Assembly (NCBI GenBank): GCA_020353515.1
Contig: CP070695.1
Location: 4,625,414 to 4,689,413, forward strand
Reading direction: 5' to 3'
From: Candidatus Heimdallarchaeota archaeon
GTDB taxonomy: Archaea > Asgardarchaeota > Heimdallarchaeia > Hodarchaeales > Hodarchaeaceae
Length of the DNA stretch: 64,000 bases
Below the pieces are notes generated by a model. That model ran no database searches. It was given only the letters and a program-made list of their open reading frames with translations, and had not been told where the DNA came from. The translations under genes and the position numbers were made by a program. Within the stretch, counting starts at the first letter, position 1; each line of letters begins with the position of its first letter. Positions 58,409 through 64,000 of the stretch are shown in pieces.

Positions 58409-58693
58409 TTAGACAGACTCGGAGCATAAGTTGTTTAGACATTTATCCTCCTGCAGAGGATTTCCACAATTCAGGCAAAAATTCGGTCTAGTAAATACAG
58501 GAACACCTTTTTGTCTGATTTGAGTTATTCGATGCAATGGAATACTATCTACTTGGCGTCGCTTCATAAATTCATCGAAGCTGAGCTCAATATATTCATC
58601 AAAATCGCGAAAAATTATTGAAAATTCTTGACGAATTTCTGATCCATATTGGATTCGCGAGAACCACTCTTTTATTTCCCCTTTTCTTGTCAT
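58409..58693 (-). CDS. DUF504/MJ1316-like RNA-end-recognition domain protein with C-terminal Zn ribbon
   Basis: I.FRD...IPLHRITQI...G motif; CLNC...C...C tail. Confidence 0.65.
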   Translation of the reverse strand: MTRKGEIKEWFSRIQYGSEIRQEFSIIFRDFDEYIELSFDEFMKRRQVDSIPLHRITQIRQKGVPVFTRPNFCLNCGNPLQEDKCLNNLCSESV

Positions 58694-58957
58694 TTACCAA
58701 TATCCTTCTCTTTTATCATTAAACAGAAAAGTGATAATATTCAGCAGATTATTGGGGATGAATGCGTCTATAAGACGATCCACCCCTCATCTGCCTTCTA
58801 CTCTAGGGAAATAGGAGGATCAACAAAAGTATATTCCTTGATATAATAGAGGAAACAGGGATTTTTAAACTTAAAGAATGTGGCAATCATAAAAAAAAGA
58901 TGTAACGACTCCTGTAATTTGAAGATAAGAGAAACTACTTCCAGAAGGAAATCGTCA

Positions 58958-60823
58958 TTGCCTACCGTAGAAATCACGAATTTCAGTCTACACATTGAAT
59001 TTTTCCCAAATGAAAGTAATCTCTTAACGTTAATCCATGAAGGATTAGGGAGAAATGTTATCAATTCGCTTTGCGGTGGGAATGGTAAATGTGGAAAGTG
59101 TCGAGTTGAAATTCTAGGTAAAATATCAGAAGATCAGAAGAATTTTGAAGGAATAAATCCACCAACAGAAAATGAACGTCAATTTCTAGGAGATTCAATC
59201 CACAAGAATATTCGTCTTGCTTGTCAGGTGGTTCCGAATGATACAGACATAAAAGTCACTATTTTAGATTTAATTGAGTATCAAGACAGTATTTTCAAGA
59301 TTCAAGATTCATTTAGTGACTTCAAGTTGAATTTTCAGTTTAACCCTAGAATCTACAGTAATTCGTTAATTATTCCACCTGCTACCTTAGAAAGGCCTCT
59401 GGACGATTTTAACCGCTTATTGGATGCTCTAAAAGAAGCGACATCACTAACTCAATACAAACTCGAATCCTTGTCTCAGCTCGCAATTATTCTTAGAAAA
59501 ACTGATGGGAAAATAAATATAATCATTGATAGAGAGAAGAAAAAGTTAATAACCCTTAATAAGGAAGAAACTTCTATTTTAGGAGCTGTAGTGGATGTTG
59601 GAACTACATCAATTGTTGTTACGTTAATCGACCTTGAAACAGGCATTATTCTTGGTGCTGATTCAATAATTAATCCTCAAATCGAGTTTGGTAGAGACAT
59701 TATGAGCCGATTAACATATGCATTAATGTCTTCTTCAAACCAACAACAACTACAAGAAAAAGTCTTTAATGGAATATCGAAACTATTAATGAAGCTTATG
59801 TCATCAACAAAGTCATCTCTTGAGAATATTTATGAAATGGTGGTCGTGGGAAACTCAGCAATGCACCATTTATTCCTAAATTTACCAGTTGCTGGATTGT
59901 CTCGTGCTCCTTTTGTACCTGTCATTTCAAAAACTATTTCCTTTTTTGTTAAGGACATAGATAAAACTCAATCCCTTAACATCCCATCCCAAGCAATAAT
60001 AACAATGCCCCCGTTAATTGGTGGATTTATCGGTTCCGACGCCGTGGTGGACGTTCTTTATACTGGTTTCAATCGAAAAACAGGCGTGCATTTATTAATT
60101 GATTTCGGTACAAATTCAGAGATCTTACTTTCGAAAGACAATAACTTATATGCGGCATCTGTAGCTGCTGGTGGGGCCTTTGAAGGACAACATATCACTT
60201 GTGGTATGCGAGGAGTTCCAGGGGCTATTGAACAATTTCGAGTCGAAAATGGAAAGTATAATTTTCAAACAATTCAGTTAGATAAGCCAAAAGGAATTTG
60301 TGGAACTGGGATTGTTGACATTTTAGCTCAATTATTACTCCATGAACAATTAGATCATCGGGGACAACTCTTTACAACCTCAGGGGAAAAAATTAAGAAG
60401 CTAATTCTCGTTCCCTCTGAAGAAACTGACAATAATCAAGAAATTTACCTGACACGGAATGATATTGAAGCAATCCAGAAAGCGAAGGCCGCCACACTAG
60501 CAGCTATACGAACATTAGCCGATCATCTTAATATTGAAATAAAAAACATTGATTCAATCCACATTGCAGGAGTATTTGGTTCAAAACTGAATATAGATAG
60601 TGCAAAGGTCATTGGCTTGTTACCAAATATACCTAATGATAAGTTCATTATTCAGGGTAACACTGCAGAAAAAGGAGGAAGGGCGTTTTTATTATCTATG
60701 GAGGCTCGTTGTAAGGCTAGTACTATTGCTACAGCGATAAAACGACTTGAACTCACTCAATTTTCAAAATTTCAATCTTTTTTTACAGAAGGATTATTCT
60801 TTCCAAAACTTAGATCAAAATGA
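58958..60823 (+). CDS. RACo-type (ASKHA, DUF4445) reductive activator of corrinoid proteins with 2Fe-2S domain
   Basis: CGGNGKCGKC...RLAC, DVGTT, NPQ..FG.DIMSR, DFGTNSE, AAGGAFEG, GICGTG. Start reassigned to TTG 58958 (the track gives 58880). Confidence 0.88.
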   Translation: MPTVEITNFSLHIEFFPNESNLLTLIHEGLGRNVINSLCGGNGKCGKCRVEILGKISEDQKNFEGINPPTENERQFLGDSIHKNIRLACQVVPNDTDIKVTILDLIEYQDSIFKIQDSFSDFKLNFQFNPRIYSNSLIIPPATLERPLDDFNRLLDALKEATSLTQYKLESLSQLAIILRKTDGKINIIIDREKKKLITLNKEETSILGAVVDVGTTSIVVTLIDLETGIILGADSIINPQIEFGRDIMSRLTYALMSSSNQQQLQEKVFNGISKLLMKLMSSTKSSLENIYEMVVVGNSAMHHLFLNLPVAGLSRAPFVPVISKTISFFVKDIDKTQSLNIPSQAIITMPPLIGGFIGSDAVVDVLYTGFNRKTGVHLLIDFGTNSEILLSKDNNLYAASVAAGGAFEGQHITCGMRGVPGAIEQFRVENGKYNFQTIQLDKPKGICGTGIVDILAQLLLHEQLDHRGQLFTTSGEKIKKLILVPSEETDNNQEIYLTRNDIEAIQKAKAATLAAIRTLADHLNIEIKNIDSIHIAGVFGSKLNIDSAKVIGLLPNIPNDKFIIQGNTAEKGGRAFLLSMEARCKASTIATAIKRLELTQFSKFQSFFTEGLFFPKLRSK

Positions 60824-60857
60824 AGAAGTAGGAAAACATGAGGATAAGGAGATAACC

Positions 60858-61613
60858 ATGCGCGGTTTAGAAAATAAAAGAGTTCTCATTACTGGGGGAG
60901 CTAGGGGGATTGGTGCAACAACAGCAAAACGCTTCTTAGAGGAAGGGGCACGTGTTGTTATATTAGATATTGATGATCAGGCGAACCAACAGATTAAAGA
61001 CACGCTCCCAGCATTGAGTGGTACCATAACTGCTGATGTTTCGAAGCACGAAGAGGTTGATCAAGCTTTCAATGAATTAGATAATCTGTTCAATGGAATA
61101 GATATTTTGATCAATAATGCTGGAATCAGTATAAGGCATCCCTTTATGAAAATAACTCCCGAAGAGTGGCTCAAGACAATGAATGTGAACCTGAATGGTA
61201 TGTTCTTTGTAGCTCAACAAGCAGCCAGGAGAATGTTATCAAATGGTGGAGGAGTTATCTTAAACATGGGTTCGACTAATGGTATGAGGGGTTATCATTA
61301 TTATACTGATTATAATGCCTCAAAGGCTGGGGTTATAGAACTTACCCGCTCAATGGCACTCGAATTAGCCCCTAAAGTCCGAGTAAATGTCATATGCCCT
61401 GGGTTCATCTTAACACCAATGCAGGAGGCCGAATATACCCCTGAAATGCGTATAGAATTTGAAAACAAAATTCCATTAGGTAGACTTGGTAAAGCTGAAG
61501 AAGTCGCAGCCCTCTTTGTTTTTCTTGCCTCTGACGATGCTCTTTTCATTACTGGACAGTGTTTTGTTATCGATGGAGGGGAAATCTGTGGAGGATTGGC
61601 AAGTCAAAAGTAG
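60858..61613 (+). CDS. Short-chain dehydrogenase/reductase (FabG-like)
   Basis: TGGARGIG, NNAG, YNASK, DGG; start ATG 60858 after AGGAG. Confidence 0.9.
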   Translation: MRGLENKRVLITGGARGIGATTAKRFLEEGARVVILDIDDQANQQIKDTLPALSGTITADVSKHEEVDQAFNELDNLFNGIDILINNAGISIRHPFMKITPEEWLKTMNVNLNGMFFVAQQAARRMLSNGGGVILNMGSTNGMRGYHYYTDYNASKAGVIELTRSMALELAPKVRVNVICPGFILTPMQEAEYTPEMRIEFENKIPLGRLGKAEEVAALFVFLASDDALFITGQCFVIDGGEICGGLASQK

Positions 61614-61646
61614 AAATACTTTTTCAGTTAATGAGAGAAAAGAAAA

Positions 61647-62081
61647 TCATTCCACTAGGACATCTACGTTGACTGGCACTCCAGTAGTTACCGCATTAGT
61701 AGCAATACAAAAATTTTTGAAGATCTTTATGCAACGTGTTTTCTTTTTCAACGTAATATCTGGATTCCATCTAGGGATTAGTTTTACTTCAATCTGAGTA
61801 ATTCTTAGATACCCTTCATTATTTCTGGTTAATGTGCATTTAGCTTTGGTTTCCATACTCTTAACTGGAATTCTGGCTTTGTTCAAACATAACGTGAAAG
61901 AAGCAGAAAGGCAGCTAGCAACAGCTGCAGTTAATACTTTGGAAGCATTAGGATATTTATCTTCTCCTCCAAAGTCTTTAGGTTCGTCAAACAATAACTC
62001 AGGATAATAATCTTTATCAAAAGTTGTTGTGAATTGCACTGGGCCCGTTTTTTTTATACTAATCACAAAAATTTCATCCAT
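61647..62081 (-). CDS. OsmC/Ohr-family protein
   Basis: DEP..FGG, AAVASCL and FCIAT cysteine pair; start ATG 62081 after AGGAGG. Confidence 0.85.
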   Translation of the reverse strand: MDEIFVISIKKTGPVQFTTTFDKDYYPELLFDEPKDFGGEDKYPNASKVLTAAVASCLSASFTLCLNKARIPVKSMETKAKCTLTRNNEGYLRITQIEVKLIPRWNPDITLKKKTRCIKIFKNFCIATNAVTTGVPVNVDVLVE

Positions 62082-62259
62082 GAAAAATTTCCTCCTATTT
62101 AATTCTTTAAATTGTGAGATCATATTTCTTATTGGTTATGAGTTCAATAGCTATTGCTTCGGATAAATATATCAGAAACGATTTTGTTATAGTGAGTTTT
62201 TTCTTGATTAAAATATGTACCAAAACCAGACGATTTTACACTTTTATGGTGGATAACTG

Positions 62260-62988
62260 ATGAGTAATACAATAAAAACCGCAATTATTACTGGGGCTTC
62301 CAAGGGTATTGGGAAAGCTATCAGTCTAAATTTCGCTGCAAATAACATTGATGTTGTCTTAGCTGCACGGAACAAGACACAGCTTAAACAATTGCAAGAT
62401 GAAATAGAAGAAAATTATCAAGTTAAATCTCTAATTGTGCCCACTGATGTGACTGATGAAATCCAAGTGAAAACCCTAGTACAGAAAACACTGGATCAAT
62501 TTGGAAAAATTGATATTTTAATAAATAATGCTGGAGTGGGACGATTCAAACGAGCTGATGAGTTTACATTAGATGATTACAACTATATGTTTGATATCAA
62601 TGTCAAGGGAGTTTTTCTTGTTACTAAATACGTTGTTCCCCATATGGTGGCTCGGGAATCAGGTCAAATCATCAATATTGCAAGTATAGCAGGAAAAAAT
62701 GGATTTAAAACAGGAACCCTATATGCTGCATCCAAACATGCTGTAGTAGGCTATACTTGGTCATTACGAGAGGATCTTAAAGAATATAAAATAAAAGTAT
62801 CAGTAGTGTGTCCAGGTAGTGTCGTGACAGAGTTTGGGGGTAAGAAACCTGATAAGGTAGAATGGAGTATGGAACCTGAAGATGTCGCTTTTGCATGTTA
62901 CTATTTAGCTTCTGAATCAGATTATGTTAATACAGCAGAAATAATTATCAAACCTAGATTGAATCCACGAAAGATCAATCAAAGTTGA
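62260..62988 (+). CDS. Short-chain dehydrogenase/reductase
   Basis: TGASKGIG, NNAG, YAASK. Confidence 0.9.
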   Translation: MSNTIKTAIITGASKGIGKAISLNFAANNIDVVLAARNKTQLKQLQDEIEENYQVKSLIVPTDVTDEIQVKTLVQKTLDQFGKIDILINNAGVGRFKRADEFTLDDYNYMFDINVKGVFLVTKYVVPHMVARESGQIINIASIAGKNGFKTGTLYAASKHAVVGYTWSLREDLKEYKIKVSVVCPGSVVTEFGGKKPDKVEWSMEPEDVAFACYYLASESDYVNTAEIIIKPRLNPRKINQS

Positions 62989-63158
62989 GTATCTGATTCC
63001 CACTTTTTGGTTTAGGATTATCCTACTTGCCAGACATAGATATGAGGATAATTCTGATTTGCCCTAAATCAATAAAAATGCAAAAATTGAAGTCTCTTTC
63101 TGGTGTATGAACAACGAAAGAGAGTAGAAGAGTAAATAATATATTAGAAGGATTTAAC

Positions 63159-64000
63159 TTGCAAGTAAATCACAAAGCTGAATTCCTACCCGAGAAAGAC
63201 AGGTTTATAAGGGCGAGAGAAAAAGGGCCACGACAATGGATCATTGCTCACATGCTTATTGGATCTAATAAGCTCATTGTATTAGCTATATTCATGGGAA
63301 CCATTCTAACTGCGACGATGAATTCTGGTTTGATGGTAATTATAGGAATAGCTTTAGATGAATTCACCAGAGGAGAGGGTTCAAATTTGTTAACATATGC
63401 CATCTTATTTATTGTTTTTGCGGTTGGTTCACCAATTCTTAACTTGATAACAAATATTATTCGAGAAACGTTAGCCCAGAGAATGGAGAAAGAGGCCCGA
63501 CACGAATTTTATGTCAATTTACTTGGAAAAAGTCAATCTTTCCATGATTCTCAACGCATTGGAGACGTCATGGCAAGAGCCACTAATGATGTCCGAATGT
63601 TGAATTTTATGATTAGTCCAGGCCTTTCGTTGATATTTGAATCTTTTATGAATTTAATCACACCAATATTATTCATTGCAATTTTATATCCTTCAGAACT
63701 CTTATTAGCTCCTTTTCTTTTCACTGTACTCTTTATTATTACTTTAAGAGGATATACTAGAAAATTAGGACCAGTTAGCGACCAATTACGATTTGAATTC
63801 GGTCAGATGAACACAATACTAAATGAAACCCTTTCTGGGATAGAAGTCGTTAAAGGAAGTACAACGGAAGAATATGAAATGAATCGTTATCTCATCAATG
63901 CTCAAGGCTATCGGGATGCGTTTGTACTTCAAGGAAAAATCATGGCAAAATATATTCCGGTATTATTGATCGGACTTGCGATAACTCTTGGATTAGGACA
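63159..64000 (+). CDS. ABC exporter (fused permease/ATPase type), N-terminal TM domain, runs off the right edge
   Basis: Manual translation from TTG 63159: TM helices and LLGKSQSFHDSQRIGDVMARATNDVRML, typical of exporter membrane domains. Confidence 0.85.
   Translation, partial: MQVNHKAEFLPEKDRFIRAREKGPRQWIIAHMLIGSNKLIVLAIFMGTILTATMNSGLMVIIGIALDEFTRGEGSNLLTYAILFIVFAVGSPILNLITNIIRETLAQRMEKEARHEFYVNLLGKSQSFHDSQRIGDVMARATNDVRMLNFMISPGLSLIFESFMNLITPILFIAILYPSELLLAPFLFTVLFIITLRGYTRKLGPVSDQLRFEFGQMNTILNETLSGIEVVKGSTTEEYEMNRYLINAQGYRDAFVLQGKIMAKYIPVLLIGLAITLGLG

Overview
AT-rich archaeal chromosomal segment, densely coding. I found no rRNA, tRNA, CRISPR array, integrase or transposase. Gene content points to an Asgard archaeon, probably Heimdallarchaeia/Hodarchaeales (inference): three Ras-superfamily small GTPases, a longin-like protein, topoisomerase VI together with bacterial-type gyrase, UvrB, an Sph/ClsN-like SMC and a HemK2-type methyltransferase. 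The standout is a tightly packed five-gene minus-strand operon: gyrB-gyrA-top6B-top6A-kinase-like ORF. Its Top6B is 2311 aa, a normal ~530-aa core followed by about 28 tandem, divergent helix-hairpin-helix (alpha-CTD/RadA-N-like) modules. Its Top6A carries an extra N-terminal domain with a beta-grasp/PB1-like pattern. A second candidate system is padR-btrH-like-uvrA (class II)-btrH-like-sagB-like, with a palindromic operator candidate upstream; it looks like an inducible detoxification/resistance module. Also present: a three-gene SMC-like operon that includes an unannotated 57-aa ORF, a degenerate RCK-domain membrane pair, a surface-anchored PfpI/DJ-1 protein, and ordinary metabolic and transport genes. 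Two CDSs run off the window ends and are absent from the ORF track. All family calls come from motif recognition by eye; no database searches were run.
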